From assembly GCA_023213395.1 (NCBI GenBank), contig CM041465.1:191835741-191899740 (forward strand): a DNA stretch of 64,000 bases, in the 5' to 3' direction. The first letter of the stretch is position 1. Every line of letters starts with the position of its first letter. Below the pieces are notes generated by a model. That model saw only the letters and a list, made by a program, of their open reading frames with translations. It was not told where the DNA came from and did no database searches. Position numbers and translations under genes: made by a program. Source of the stretch: Cycas panzhihuaensis. Its lineage: Eukaryota; Plantae; Cycadophyta. Of this stretch, positions 43,460 through 59,889 are shown piece after piece.

Positions 43460-44089
43460 TATGGATAGGAATCTTATGACTTGAGATCCTCTTGATGAAG
43501 AAAAAGAAGGAAACAATAAGAAAACAATGAGATTAAGTGTAAAAGGAAGTATTCACAATCGTTAGAATTCAATTAAATGAAATTAATCATTGATGTATTT
43601 ATATGCATGAAAATAAGTGTGTTATTAAATTTTACATGTAACACGTGAAAAATAAATCTATTAACATTTAAATATTAATTATCACCAATTTAAAAAAGTG
43701 GATTTTAATCAAACATTGAAGAAATTAAATTAAACATGTGAGTAGTTGTATGTTTATATCATGATTTATTTTAAATAATTAATAAAATAGTGATTTTAAT
43801 TGAGTATTAATAAACTACATAAAATAATTGAAAATTGTATAAAAAATGATATAGTTACGTAACATATTTGATAAATAATTTGATGTTTATTAAATTAAAG
43901 GAATAAATTTAAAGTATTATAAAGGGAAATTGCAAATGAAATCATGTACCTTACTTTACTTAGTTATGATGAGAAGCTTGACTTCGAACAAGATTTTGCA
44001 AGTCGAAATGGCATGTAATCAGCTCAAGTGATCAGTCAGAGTATTTGTATCTGAATCAAGAATTTAGTGTAGCTTCTAAAATTGAATTT

Positions 44090-47000
44090 TATTGGGGTTA
44101 ACATCCCTTACTTAACTCCCACCTTAAGAACATGTGAGTGCACACATCATCATAGTAAGTTAAGGTTAGATTATTTTATTATGCATTGTTATTATTTTAA
44201 TGTTAAGTCATTATTTTATATTACTTTGAATTTTAAAGGTTGAGAAGGATTCCCTTCTCCTTCCTAAGTATATCTTTTATGGGGTGTAAAACCCTAGTGT
44301 TCCTTAACACCACCGTCATTAGAGGAATTTGTATGTACTTTCTTCAAACATAGCTTAATACAATGAGTACTCTCAATATGGCTTGAATGTTACTGTGATT
44401 TGTATGTTCACCTGTTTCGCTCTATTCTCCATACGCTAACATGGTATCAGAGCAAGACCTTGACAACATTTTGTATTATTAGCATCTTGATCTTGGCCTA
44501 CTTAGTTTCATTTAGTATTTTAGATCTTGGACTACATTTGAAGCTTTATCATTTGGCTTCACCTAGCATCAAAGTAATATCTGTTGAGTTTTTGTAAGAT
44601 CTATTAAGTTTTTGAAAAGGAGATCTATCAAACTACTCATGGAAAGCAATATATTAATTTTTATTCATTTTTTATAAAGCTTATTTATAGTTTTTGCATT
44701 ATTTTCATTAAAAATTTGACTATTTTTAATTTATATAATCAAAATAATAAGTATTTTCTTAGATCTATGCAGAGTTTGCAGTCATAATTAGCCCAACAAT
44801 CATTTGGAGCCATTATATTAGTATCTCAACTAATATTTTTATGATTTCAATCATTTCCACTAATTTTTTAAGATTTTTCAAAGCCATTTTCGATCCATAC
44901 AAGAGCTAGGGATCTATTTTTTGGCTAAAATTATTTTTCAAGGGTTTTTAGCATATGAAAGTTTTACTCATTGGGAGAAAAATTAAAAGATTTTTTAAGA
45001 ATCAATAGAGAATTTGAGACGAAAATGCTCGTTCCATAAATTATGAGTGATCATAGTGCTATTTTGGTAAAAATTTATAAAAATTACAATAGATTTAATT
45101 TTAGCCTACTTTTTTTGGGATAGATCTGCAACCTCAACTTCAAAAGGCCATAACTTTGACTACATGTATCCAAATGACCTCAAAAAAAAATTTATTCTAT
45201 ATATTTTTTAATTTCCTTTCTAATGGAAGTGATTTGAGGTCAATCAAAGGTAGGGGTAAAAGGATACTAATATTTTATCATTATGTACTATTGTAGTCCT
45301 TAAAAATCGTAGTAGCAAAGTTCTTAAAATAGTCATAACTTTTGATTTAAAAGCTCGATTTTCAAATGGCTAGATCCATCAGAAAGATTTATTTTATTCT
45401 CTATGTATTAGAATAGGTTTTATCATGATTTGACATTATTTTATAGGTCTTTAAAGCCATTGAAGTTGAGTCTCTAATTTAATCCTAATTAGATAAATTC
45501 TTTGATATTTTGAGCCAAGTTTTTTCATTCTTACTGAATATACTCATTTATTATCTAAAACTAATTGATTATTGACAATATTTGCTTGGTTTTATAAGCT
45601 TACAAGTTATTTTCTCATCTCTTTGGCATCATTTTTTACTTCTTGAAGATCAGAAACCTTATTCAAATAAAAAACGACAAATTGTTACTCCTTACCATTA
45701 CTATTCTCTTTCTTTAATATTTACATTTGCATTTAAAATGATTTCTTTAAGAATTTTTGGCTATTTAAGGCCTTTGATTGCCTTTAAAACTTCAAGATTA
45801 TAACTAGTTTGCATATGAATTTATAAAAGATCATCTCTTCATTTCATTTATATTGTTTCAAAAAAATTTGTTAGAAATTTCATATATCTTAAGGTTGTTG
45901 GTTCAGTAATTAAAGAAGCATTCTTATTTACCTTAAAGCCACTATATTTTTAAAGATTGATAAGTGTATTTTACTACATAGTGATAATCCATTTTTGGAT
46001 CCTTTATGCTTTCGAGGTTCATCTCACGTCAAGCATTTCATTATATTTATATTCATAATTCATAGTTCATCTCTTTAAAGCCTCATATATTTGTTATTAC
46101 TTGAAGAGTTTATAAGTTGAACATTGATCATTATTTCAAAGTTTAATGCTTTGCATTTGAATATTGAAAGCTCATATTTTTAGCTCCTCATTTAGTTTCA
46201 TTTCAACAAAGATTATTTATATTACTTTTTAAGGAGCACACATTCACGACTATTTGCATGGTGTCTTTGATCTAAAGGGCTTATTTGATGGTTATTTACT
46301 CTTAATAAGATTTTGAAATTAAAGGATCAATTTTGCTCATTTTTTAAAAAATATTTCAAAGTTACATTTGGTTATTTAAAAGCACATTAGCCTAGTTTGA
46401 GGTCTTATGAAAGATACTTTACAAACAACACTCATTAAAATCTAATTTAAAAGGATTATTTATCAGTTATTTGTCTCATTGTTTAAGGAGATATACCTCT
46501 TTTTCATTGCTCATTTCAATATTGATTTTTCATTAGAGGTTATGATTTATTGATTACAATGATAATGAATGAAGATAACTTAAGGTTTCCCATATTTGAT
46601 GAGACTAACTTTCATATTTAGAAATATATTTTAGAAACCCATCTCATTACAAATAATTTATGGTATTATGTAAGTGATGGTTATCTTAAGAATGAACCTA
46701 ACTTTAGATAAAACTTAAAGAAAGATAATGAATCCTCAGCTCTAATATTTTATACACTAAATAATGATGTATTCACTAGTGTTGGTGATTTAACCACAAT
46801 GAAATCAGTTTAGGATACCCTAAACTCACTTTATGGTGGAGAAATTTCAGATTTAAATAAATTTGACTATATTGATGATGTGTTTTTTATGAGACAGATG
46901 ATAGAGAAGGTGTTTGTTAATGAAAAGTCTAATGTTATATATAATATTGAAGATTCCATTGAAACTAATAATCACATTACTACATTTGAGACTATATGTG

Positions 47001-47628
47001 CATTTGACTTAATTGACTCTCCTGAAAAGGACAAAGTCAAAGTTGAAGATAATTCTATTCATTTAAAACAAGTCGCATCCATACTTGAACTATATTTTGT
47101 TAAAGACCACATAAAAAGGATAATGATGTAAGCTATTAACTACTTCAAAGATGATGAAGCCAAAGGACATGAGTACAATTACCTTGTCAAAGTATACCTA
47201 AAGCACTTGTACCACAAATTCAAAGAGAAATCAAAGAAGAAGTGATGATTATTAAGGGAGAGTATGTTGGGGTTAATATCCCTCACTTAACTCCCACCTT
47301 AAGAACATGTGAATACATACATCTTCATGGTAAGTTAAGATGAGATTATTTTATTATGCATTGTTATTATTTTAATGTTAAGTTATTATTTTATATTACT
47401 TTAAATTTTGGAGGTTGAGGAGGATTTCCTCCTCCTTCCCAAGTATATATTTTATGGAGTGTAAAACCTTGGTGTTCTTTAACATCACCTTCATCAAAGG
47501 AATTTGAATGTACTCTCTTTCAAGATGGCTTAATACAATGATGTTTACAATATGTAATCTCAATATGGCTTGAATATTATTTTAATTTGTATGTTCACAT
47601 GCTTTGCTCTATTCTCCATACTTTAACA
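44090..47628 (+). mobile_element. Non-autonomous copia-derived element G (same architecture as H), 3.5 kb, in the 5' leader of E
   Basis: LTRs 44090-44441 and 47265-47628; perfect TSD AATTT; PBS TGGTATCAGAGC at 44442-44453; PPT AAGGGAGAG at 47254-47262. Confidence 0.94.
46559..47245 (+). pseudogene. Mini-Gag fusion frame of G (~228 codons; 4 internal stops, no frameshift)
   Basis: MIMNEDNLRFPIFDETNFHI*...KDNESSALIFY...YIDDVFFMRQMIEKV...YHKFKEKSKKK*; ORF 46880-47131 is in the same frame. Confidence 0.8.
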
Positions 47629-50233
47629 AATTTGGACTCTGTATGATAAAGTTATTGGGAAAAAGGCATATGTACCCTATTTTTTATAAAATAAAAAATA
47701 AAAAAAGGTATGAAATAGGGGTTAAGCCCCTTTTAAATTTACAATGAGGTCATATAGGAGGCTGATGTGACCAATGAGTTGATGAATACAGGGTTGGCAC
47801 ATGGAAGACCTGAAATTAGATTATAATATAATTTAATCAAATTTAAATACTATAAAAAATAAAATATTAATAGTTGGTGGGCCCAAAAAAGGGTTAAACA
47901 AATTTTAATATTTTTACAAATGTAAAAAAAATTCACGAAAATGGATAGGATTTTGGTATTTGCACATTTATAAACCCTAATTTTTAGGGTTTCATCTCAT
48001 TTTTCCCTTTGTTTATGTGCAAGGTGATTGCAAAGATGAAGAAGAAAAATGGGTTTTCCAAGGGTGTTAGCAATACTCTACCACAATCGAAACTAGGATT
48101 TTTATGAATGATCTTGGAGGAACGAATGCTATATTTCGATGAAGAAAATGAGCCATAGATGTTGTTTGTTGATGAAGACAAGGTTGGAGATTGTCTGACC
48201 GTAAATTAACCAACATTCAAAACCAAAGAGCTCTCTAAGAGTCTATGCTTCTTATCCTACTTAAAAAGGGATTTGTATCCCAATAAAATATTAGGATTTG
48301 TCAGATCAATGGCAGAGCTATAGATATATAGAAGAAAAATAACCAAAGGCAAAGAAGGGCAATGGACGCTAAAAATATAGATGATAGTAATAATCAACAG
48401 TGACAGGAAAGTGTGAAACTGGAAGCCACATTATTTTCAGGCTAACTCCACTTTTTGAAGTAGTTCCAACTTCCTTGACTAAAGATTACAACTCATAAGC
48501 AGCATGCCATACAACCTTTCCATCACCATAGCAACAACTAAACCATCAGAGGAGATAGATATTTCTATAATTGTAGAAGCACCTTTTTAAGCTTCTATGG
48601 AAATTTCTCAAATGGGTTTTATTTATTTTTATTTTTATGTGTGCCTGCATCCTTATTCTTCTTCGTATTATAGGATTTCAATGCTTCATTTTAGGAATCA
48701 CAATGAACTATTCTAAAGTTCAAGCCTTGATTGGAGTTTTGGCTACCTACTACTCTGAAATCCTTCTTCAAATCAAATGTAGAGTAGAGGGAGAAAATGG
48801 AGCAACCTTGTTATCTAGTAGGGTTAGCATATACATGAGGGATGGATAATTAAGCCATGGTGAGCAACTATAATAGGGTTTTTGATGCCCTTATGCCTAT
48901 TAAATTTATGTAAATATTTTGGTCTTACTCAGACCCTTAAAGATGTACAATTTTGTTTATATAATAATAAAACTTTTGAGTACTTTTTCATTCTAATAAA
49001 GTATATATTCTGATTTTATATATTTTAGAAATTTTCTTTTGTGAAAAATAACTTGTGTGAGATGGTTTGATATAAACATGTTACTATTCCTACTTCTGAT
49101 TTTTGTTTAAAGAAAATTTTGAATCCTGTGATATCATATTGATTAGATACCCTACTCTAATACCATATTAGAGAGAGGGTTAAATTAATATTCATAGGTA
49201 TTGATAAACATTTGCAGTAATAAAAATATAAATATGGAAATCTTCAAATAATTAATAGTAACACATTATACTATAGATCTCCAAATAAATTAACATAGGT
49301 ATGCCATGTTTAACAAGTGAAAAACCCCCCTAGTGGGGATAAAAAAACCACCTCCTAAAATATAGTAATACATATTAAATTTTAATATATATTATAGTGA
49401 TGATATTGGTGAGGATCTCATCCTCCCTCTTTATTGATGCCAGCCTATCATACATACAACTTACACGTCATCAATTTAACCAACATTAGCAACCTTGACC
49501 AACTTAACTAACCTCCTAAAATCTAGGAAGAGAGATTATTAAGGAAGATAGAAGTTCATTGAAATGGGCGGTTGTCCATTTCAATGAACTATATAATTAA
49601 TTACTATATAAAGTAACTTTATAAAAGGAACCTTATTAAAAGATAACATTAATACATGAAAAGATAACATTATTCTAACACAAATGACACATAAACGTCT
49701 CACATCCCTACTTAACAAAACTAGGAGGTTGTACCATGTAAATCTTGTCCTTTAATTCTCCATTATGGAGTGTAAACTTTACATCCATCTAATGTGTCCC
49801 CCATCTAAATTTAGTTGTAATCAAAAGGATCATTCTAATTGTAGTCATCTTTGAGATAGGTGCAAATGCCTCATCATAATCTATCCCTTCTTCCTACTTA
49901 AAACCTGAGGTAACAAGTTTAGTCTTAAACTTTTCCACTCACCATCAACTCAGAACTACATTTTATAGACCCACTTATAATTAATTAGGCTTTTCCCTAG
50001 AGGTAGTGGAACTAAATCCCAACTTCTATCTTTCGTTATAAAATTATATTTTTCCTCCATTAAAGCTAGCTATTGAGGATTTTTCTTTACCTTGACAAAA
50101 GAATTTGGTTCATGGGAGTAAATGGTGTTAACTATGAGAGCATGACTTACATATTAACTTCTAGTTCTTCACTCATTTGATGGGTCTATAGTCATACTAG
50201 ATACTTTAATTGTCTTCCTTACCCATAACAGTA

Positions 50234-51400
50234 TCTAGGGTCCTAATGCCTATGTGTGGGTCAAATTAGTTGCAACTAAATTAATGTAATTTATCTGATA
50301 AAGGAATGGTTGCAACCAATCTTAGTTGCGGTTACAAAAGATAAAATATAAATGTAGAAGGACATTTAGTGACTATAGTAGAAAGAACATTGCTACCTTG
50401 TACAGAATGTAGTCTACCTACATATTTGTACTTGTTATATATTATTTTAGAGGTTGTGTGTACTATTTCGAGTTGCCTTTGATTATGAGAGGACTAGAGC
50501 AACCCATTATAATAAAATGATTATGGTTTTTTACCTCGTAGAATCATTGTATTTGAAATATGTGATTAAATAACATTTAAACATTGTGGCCTCTTGTGCT
50601 TACTTATGCATGTTGATAAGTAGAAGCACACATTAGTTCCGTTATCATTTTGAAACATGGATGATTACGATAGGCAAGACCAAGTAAAAATATTGGGTCC
50701 TCTTCTATGTCACCTAGGGTAGAAGCTAAATCATATTGTGATCGAGGGGAACATTGGGAAAGAGAAAGAATTTAAATAGGAATACACATACTCGGATTTA
50801 TAATTACACAAAGGAAGTAGGTGAAGAGATGACCATCTGCACACTTGACAAAGAGGAGAAAGTTGAGAAATAAGGACAAGGAGAAGGAGCAAATTCTAGG
50901 CATAACTGAGATGTAGGTAAAAGAAGAAAATGATCAGAGGTGTGTATTAGAAGAGGATCCTGTAAAAGAGGAATCATTACAAGTAATGTAGGTCAAAGGG
51001 AATGGTTAGCAAGATTTTGCAAAAGAAGAAAATTTGTGAAAAGAAGAAAATTTGCGAAAAGAAGAAACACTAATGCCAAAAGAAAATTCCATTGAATTGG
51101 GAATATATAGTGTAGCTAAACAAGCTTTGAATCATCATTTGTTAGAAATTCAAACTCTAAGCTATATAATGAATCCTCTTTTTAAGCTACTAATGGCAAG
51201 TCCAACTAGCAGCATAGGAGGCACAGCGACAGTAATGCACAAATTGTAGGGGGACAAAGTGGGGTATCAGGTGGAGGAAATCAAGTGAGTACAACCTCAC
51301 ACATTATCATGCAAAGTGATTTAATATTTTCAAGCCTCAAATTCGATGGATCCACACATCCAGATGATCATGTGGCATTATTTAAGAGATAAGAATTTAA
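50234..51400 (+). mobile_element. Ty3/gypsy 5' fragment: probable LTR (~50234-50632), eroded PBS and start of gag
   Basis: Abruptly ends the D pol; CACACA followed by TTAGTTCCGTT (eroded TTGGCGCCGTT-type PBS, inferred); KFDGSTHPDDHVALFK gag motif at ~51340. Confidence 0.5.
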
Positions 51401-53389
51401 ACAAAAGGGGCCAAGCATGTAGGTTGTGAATCCTACTACATAAAAATGCAAAGATGAGAACATCGTAATCGTAGAGGGGACACCACTACATACCATGTGA
51501 CAGCTAGCTTGTTTAATCACATTTAATTGAGTTGCAGGCCACACACAAAGGCAAAAGAAATTTTTGTACTTATATAGGTAAATTAAATATTTTTTTTATA
51601 AATGTTTAGACTCTAAACATGTGCATACCTCAAAGTTTGATAAAGGAAATTTAATTATTTCTATAATATTAATTTTAAATTTAATTTAATTAGATATATT
51701 TTAAGTTTTACTAGCCCTCTTTATTTAAGTAAATGGTCATAAAGAGGACATCACATAACTAGTGGCCCACTCAAAAAAGGGCTAAATGAATTTTCTAAAG
51801 GGTTGCACTTTTCAAGATATACTAACACTTTTTTAGTCATAACTTTTCATCCAAGAACTTGCTTTTTAAACCATCAATTACATTGAAAAGATACTTTTGA
51901 GACAATCAAAATGAGTGGTCACAAGGCATATATTAGAGATCATATCATGGATATTTTAATGGGTAAAGTTAAGTAAAGTATTTTTTACTTCATAAAAGAT
52001 GTGTTTTTTGAGTTTTTTCAAATTTGTTTTGGTATTTTCTGATACTTTTAAAGGTTCTTAAGATTATGATGATGGTATTTCTGATAGATAAAGAAAGAAA
52101 AAATAAATTTTAGTTTAAAATGAATAAATAAATACTCATTTATAACAATTTAAAGCTTAAAACTTATGAAAATTTGATGATATAGGACATTATTTAATGT
52201 GAAAATTTGATATATACTGAATATGATAAAAATCCCCCTTAGTACTTAATATATTTGATCTAATGGTGTATAATACTAATCTAATACAATGATCACCTAG
52301 TTTATTACATACTTATTTGAATGATGATTGTTAACACCACTTGATTATGTTAATGAATGGCCCAATTTATTTCTAATTAATATTGAAAAGTTGGTTGTTG
52401 ATATGTTGATATTTTTTTCACTTGTTTATGATACATAGAGAAGAAGTCTCATATATTGTTTACTCAACACTAAAATCAATTATTGAGGAGTCCAGCTGAT
52501 ATCAAATATATATCTAACTTGTCATATATGACATGAGGCATTGGAACACATTATTTATATTACCTTATTACAACTAACTTGACTTGGCCAGGTGATATAC
52601 TATGTTTTTAGAGTTAGTATATTTAGATGATTAATTTATTCCTTGATGTTTTATTTAATGGTTACTAGAAGGAAGCTGCTAACATGTGCATGGATAGAGA
52701 TAGCATACAAGGTTATCTTGTACATAAGGGGCAAGAAAATATCTCATAAACTACTCTTACTCAACACATTGATTATGTTGTTATTCTCATATACAAGAGA
52801 TGAGATTTTATACTATTGTTGTAATAGCAATTTGCATAATAGCTAAGTATTATTTTGTTTTCTAATAAATCACGTATATAAAACACATCATATAAAACTA
52901 ACTATTACAATAGCTAGTAACCTATATATTTTAGTATATTGATTGTTATTTTATATAGACATCAATAATCATTTTACTCATGATATTATTGAGATGATAA
53001 GTTGATATAGTTGATTAATTATAACTTTATAGATGAAGATATGAAGTTGTTAAGGATAACACATTATATAAATATGGTAAGTAAAAGTCATGAAATTAAG
53101 ATTGGTTATTTGGTTAATTTATGATTACTATATAAGTTTTATAAATGTGTTCATTATAGTCGATCATTAGTGATCACAAATGACTATAGTTGGATACAAG
53201 TTAATTGCTCATAGGAGAAAAGCATAACGTTGATAAATTTACAAGTTACAAGTGATACATCTTTATTTAATTTAATGCAACTTAATACAGGTTTATAGAT
53301 TCTAGTATGTAGGGAAAATATGAAGATTTGAAAACTAAGGTTGAAGATTTAAAGATTATAAATTGAAAACATTAAATATTAAGGGGGAG

Positions 53390-53870
53390 TGTTGGAATAT
53401 ATGTTACTTTCACATATTTAATATTTAACGTAAAGTAGCAGACCCATACAAAATCTCATTTACAAAAGTATTAATAGATGTGATATATATGATTATTTAT
53501 ATAAACATCATATTAGATGATGAAAAGGCTTCAAAGATATTATATACTATTCATGAGGTGACATATCTATAAATATGTACACATACCATTTGAAAATTTT
53601 AGAAAAGAAGATTGACATGGAGATGTAATTATTTGATATCATAAAGAGAAGCTCCTAACTCCAACCTTCTCCTATACTTTTATCCATATAGGATTTTTCC
53701 ATGTATAAATATGCTGTCTCTCTTGTAATTATGTTTATAATTTATATTCCATGTTATTACTTTATATCTTGATCTTGAAATATATGATTTATGTACATAT
53801 CCCCATGATCTATTTATTACATTATACATGATTGATATACTTTTGTTATATAAATAATTATATTCTAGCA
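53390..53870 (+). repeat. Copia-type LTR with a PPT immediately upstream and a PBS immediately downstream
   Basis: AAGGGGGAG|TGTTGGAA ... TTCTAGCA|TGGTATCGGAG. Confidence 0.8.
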
Positions 53871-54149
53871 TGGTATCGGAGTGATATTCTAAATTCTTAC
53901 AATAATAACCAATGATAAAAAAGATAATGAAGGCTTGGTCATTCAAAGGGGTCCAATCTCCAATATATGAATCTTGATAAGAGTGTATCGACTTATGATA
54001 TTAAAAATAAGAATAATGTCATAATGTATAAGTTATCCAACTATATATATTGAGTTTACAAAGAGTTGTAATAATTCATTACACTTCATGATCTCTTGCA
54101 TCTCTTTTATTTAAATAGGTTCATAACAATACATACACACAAACGTACC

Positions 54150-55538
<1,389 letters not shown>

Positions 55539-58500
55539 GTTTTCATGTCTTTATTTCATTTATACTCGGACTTTGACCTATTTTATACTTAATTTTAATT
55601 ACTTTTATTATGTTTTTATAATTATTTTAGGTGTGTAGGCCCCTTTAGTTACTAGCGCCCAATCACATCATGTGTTTAAGTAACTAAGGTGCTAAGGAAT
55701 GGGGAGTTGTTATCCATTACTCAATAGACAATTTACTAACCCATATTTTAACAAACTATGGCATATATAAATATTGGATATTTTAATAAATAAAGGCTAG
55801 ACTCAAATACCTTTGGTTTATTATTTCTTTGTATTAGTGACCTTTTATCTCATATTATACTTATCTTTCATATATTTTATTTATATTGTAGAATGTATAC
55901 ATAAAAATAGTTGTACGGAAGCTAGCAAAGTATGTCAATGCTATTGCAAGATGTCCAAATAAAGAGTATAATAAGAAGCAGTAATCCTTCATTAACAAGA
56001 GTGATTTATAAGTATGCATACCCTTCACTCATATGCATGAATATAATTATATAATTTATAGTTATAATCAATATATAAATTATTTTAAAAATAGTTTCAT
56101 ATATGTTTCATCCTTTATCTTACTTCCATTACTTTAAGCAATTCCTTTAATATGTAAATAAGTATCATAATTGATTGCCTTATTATCAACATTACACTGC
56201 TCTCTATTCATAAACTTTGTCTCTACATTTACATATGAGTGTTGGAGTCACCAAGTTAGGGCTATCTTTATAAATTTAGATTTATTTGTATAATCTTGAT
56301 TCCAAACAATAATGATCCTGCTAGGCATGGGACAATTTCCCCTTGCTTTAATTATTGTTTTCACTTGGATTTGCCTACTTTGTCTCTTCATGATGGATTG
56401 TTGACATTAGTTAGAACCTCACCATCAACCCCTTCCTCCATTTCAACCAAATGATATTTAACTTGGTGATTCCATCTCCATATGTATATTCATCGGGCTC
56501 CTCCCTAAGTTCACATGAGATATGGTTAGTTCAATTTAAAAAATATTATGTTATGAGGTTTCTACCAATATTAAATTTCACTCATATTTTTGTTAAGCTA
56601 GATAAAGTTTGATCATTATTTGTCAATTATTTTATCAAAAATTATATTCTTTAGTTATTTTACCTTTCTATCATCAATATTTAGCATTTATTTGATTTTT
56701 AATTAACTTTCTAATCTCTAAGTTATTACTTTGAGATTGACGCTAATGCCCTTTGATTTATGGCTTTATGGGACTATTGTGATCATTTTTCTTAGCATGT
56801 AGATCTTGTATTATTAATCAAAGGCATTTTGATTAGCCTTTGTTGTATGTTAATATACTCTGTTACCACCATATTCTACTAGCTCATGCTTTTAAGTGAT
56901 TTTTCTGTATTTACCATCGCTATCCTTACCATAACTCAATCTTCATTAAATTCACTTCAATGAAAAGGCCATTACCCATTCATTGCTTTCTTAATTCAGT
57001 CTTACTTTATTCATGCTTGACTTACTTAATTATAAATCCTATTTCATCTCATAGCTATGGGCATAATACATCAAGTTTTTATTTTGGAAATTAAAGTTAA
57101 TGAGTAAACAAATAAATAAATTTTAGGTGCTAAAGTCAATGGATAAGGCATACAAAGATTTTTAACTCTAAGTTGAAATAGTAATGGCATTTGGGTTGAG
57201 TGATTAAGTGAAATTAATAAGAAATTTGAAATAAGGAAGTTTCATAATCAAATCCTTTAGAGTCCATATACTAAATCCACCTCTTTAGATTCAAGGGTAA
57301 ATCTATCTAGAAAGTTTTGTTCTTTTGAAACTTGTTCTTTTATTTCATACTTTTGAATGTTAAACATAAACATGGAATGATCATAAGCTCAATGCCATAA
57401 AACTCCTATTTTACTCTTAGTTTTGAAACATTAAATTATTTTTCCAAAATAAAACATAAATAAAATCAAGCACTAATTTGAATAACCTTAGCTTGTAGGT
57501 TAATTGGTTAAGTGTTATATTAACTAGAGTTTTGATAAAGAGGCCATAGGTTATTTTTTAGTATTAGGAGGTTTTATCTTTTTGTAAAAGTCTACATGAT
57601 GTCTTTAATGATTAGAGGGAGGTATCTATTTAATTTTCTTCAAAATTAAAATTTCAATATATTTAGAGTGGGATTTATATATCACATTTTTTAAATTAAA
57701 ATAAAAGAAGGGGTCTAAATTACATTTTCATTTTAGATTTTTAGAAAATATAATAAAATGAGGGTTGCATACTAGGAAACTTAAAGAGCTTCATCACATT
57801 TAAGTAAATTGATTAAGGATAGAAAATTTACATTATATGTTATTTCTTATATATATATGCACACACAGAGTAATGCTTGCCAAATCATACTACAAAGTAA
57901 AATCTAAAAATAATAATAATTAAATAAAATTTTAATTAGGCCATGTTACACAACTTTTATTTTTTAGGCCTATACTTGATGTTTTATCTTTATCCCTTTG
58001 ATTTTGAACATTATGTCACTTATATAAAATCTTGGGAGTGAGCATTATCTTGCATGAAAATTTCTAAATATTTATATTAAAGAATGATATCATTACTTCA
58101 ACTCATTATTATCCCTAGGTTCCTAAAATATGTCTTAAGTGTTTCTAAGTTAAACTCTAACTACTACTCTAGCTAAGATATTACTAGACTATGACCCTCA
58201 TGTAACATATAATGAGGCCCTTGTAGGGTATATCTTAAGCGTTGATGAGTCAAACCCTAATAACCATTATGGTTAAGTTGTTACTAAACTAAGACCCTCA
58301 TGCAATGTTTAGTGAGATCCTCAGTGATCTCCACCCATACATAGTTAAGAATAATCCTTTAGTAGTGGTACAAATAAATCTATGTATTATACATATTAGG
58401 ATAAATTTATAAAATCCCTAGCTTACAAGTAACTCAAATAGTTTGAGTGTTACATAAGAGTAATTGGGTTGACTTTATATTCACTCTCTAAAATTTATTA

Positions 58501-59889
58501 CAAAATTATAATTGAGCAAATAATCTCCTTTAGAGGGACCATAAGATGCCTTATTATACCACCATTTAAGTTGTTTTAGGTTGCTTTAGGCCCTATGGTT
58601 TGCCTTGAAGCTCATTGTCAAGGTTGGTGATGTTATTCTAATAGGGTCTAAGGTCATAATACTCAGCAAGACCACTCAATAATACTTAGTAAATGTAGTG
58701 GCTAGATAACCTAAAAATCTTCAATTGGTCATTCTGTCCTACTATAGGAAAATATTAGCTTGATAGCCTAGTTTAAATATTTCACATAGTATAGGCTAAA
58801 CCCCACTCTTACTAGGTGTTAGCTAAATTTGATTCAACCCCTAATCTTTGGATTAATAGGTGGAATTTACTAAATTAATTAGATGGAACCTGTCTATATA
58901 CCTGATAATTTCAATGATCCTCCTCACAATTTTATATTAGTTTAACTTATAAAAATATTGATCAGTTTATGATCCCTATTTTCCACTTGAGTATACAACA
59001 TTCTTCAATGGGAATTTAAGGTTAATATTCTATTGCAATAACTTTGGATAATATAAATTCTAATCCTATAATAATTTATATAATGAGTACTTAAAGAAAT
59101 AAGAGGATATAAATATGAGTCCAAAGGGCCAATCTATTAAATAATAATATATGTATTTGAATTGATTAAATGATGATATTCCTTTACACAATATATGATA
59201 TCTTTCTATTCTTTACACGGAAACGTATGTTTATTAATTAAATAGGCATAACATTTTATTATCGTTAACTCATTCTAAATAGCTTATTTATTAAACCATA
59301 ATTTCATCATATTAGCTCTTAATTGGCCTATATTTTAAACCATAATATGGAATTCCTGTTAAAAGATATCATCTTTAAAACATATTTATGTTAATAATGC
59401 TTCTTGTTAATAATTCAATATCATAAGTATTTATTACATTCTTATGTATTATAATTATTGGTATTTTAAGAGGCACCATTTCCATTATTTTTGGTCATCA
59501 TCCAAAATTGCCATGGCACTTGCAAGGTAGGTATGCTTTTGTTATTAGACGTTTTTTTCTAAATAAATACATGTATATATCTTCATGTAGCATGTGTGCA
59601 TATGTAAATTGGTTAATAGTGGAGGTTAATTAAGGGATTTATGTTGGTGCATGATGAGCTTGACATTTAAGCATAAATAACACAATGCAAAATGGAAGAT
59701 ATAAAGAGTAAGAAATCTATATATAAGGGTGGCGTTTATGAATGCAATAATTAATGATCCTATAAAATTAATAGTTAGAATAATGAGGGTGCTAACAGAA
59801 ACCTCAAAGTCATTCATTAATAAAAGAGTCAAATATACTAGAATATGTGGACTAGAAATAAGCTCGAGATCAGTATTCTTCAAATATTT

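Larger units (their letters stand above)
33358..49680 (-). mobile_element. Full-length Ty1/copia element E, inserted in the RT of D; hosts F and G
   Basis: LTRs 33358-33875 and 49166-49680; perfect TSD CAAAT; PBS complement ACTCTAATACCA at 49154-49165; PPT complement TCCCCCT at 33876-33882. Confidence 0.95.

Noticed and set aside
55890-56015. AG...GT bounded exon-like segment
   Set aside because: The frames I read contain stops and show no recognisable protein similarity.
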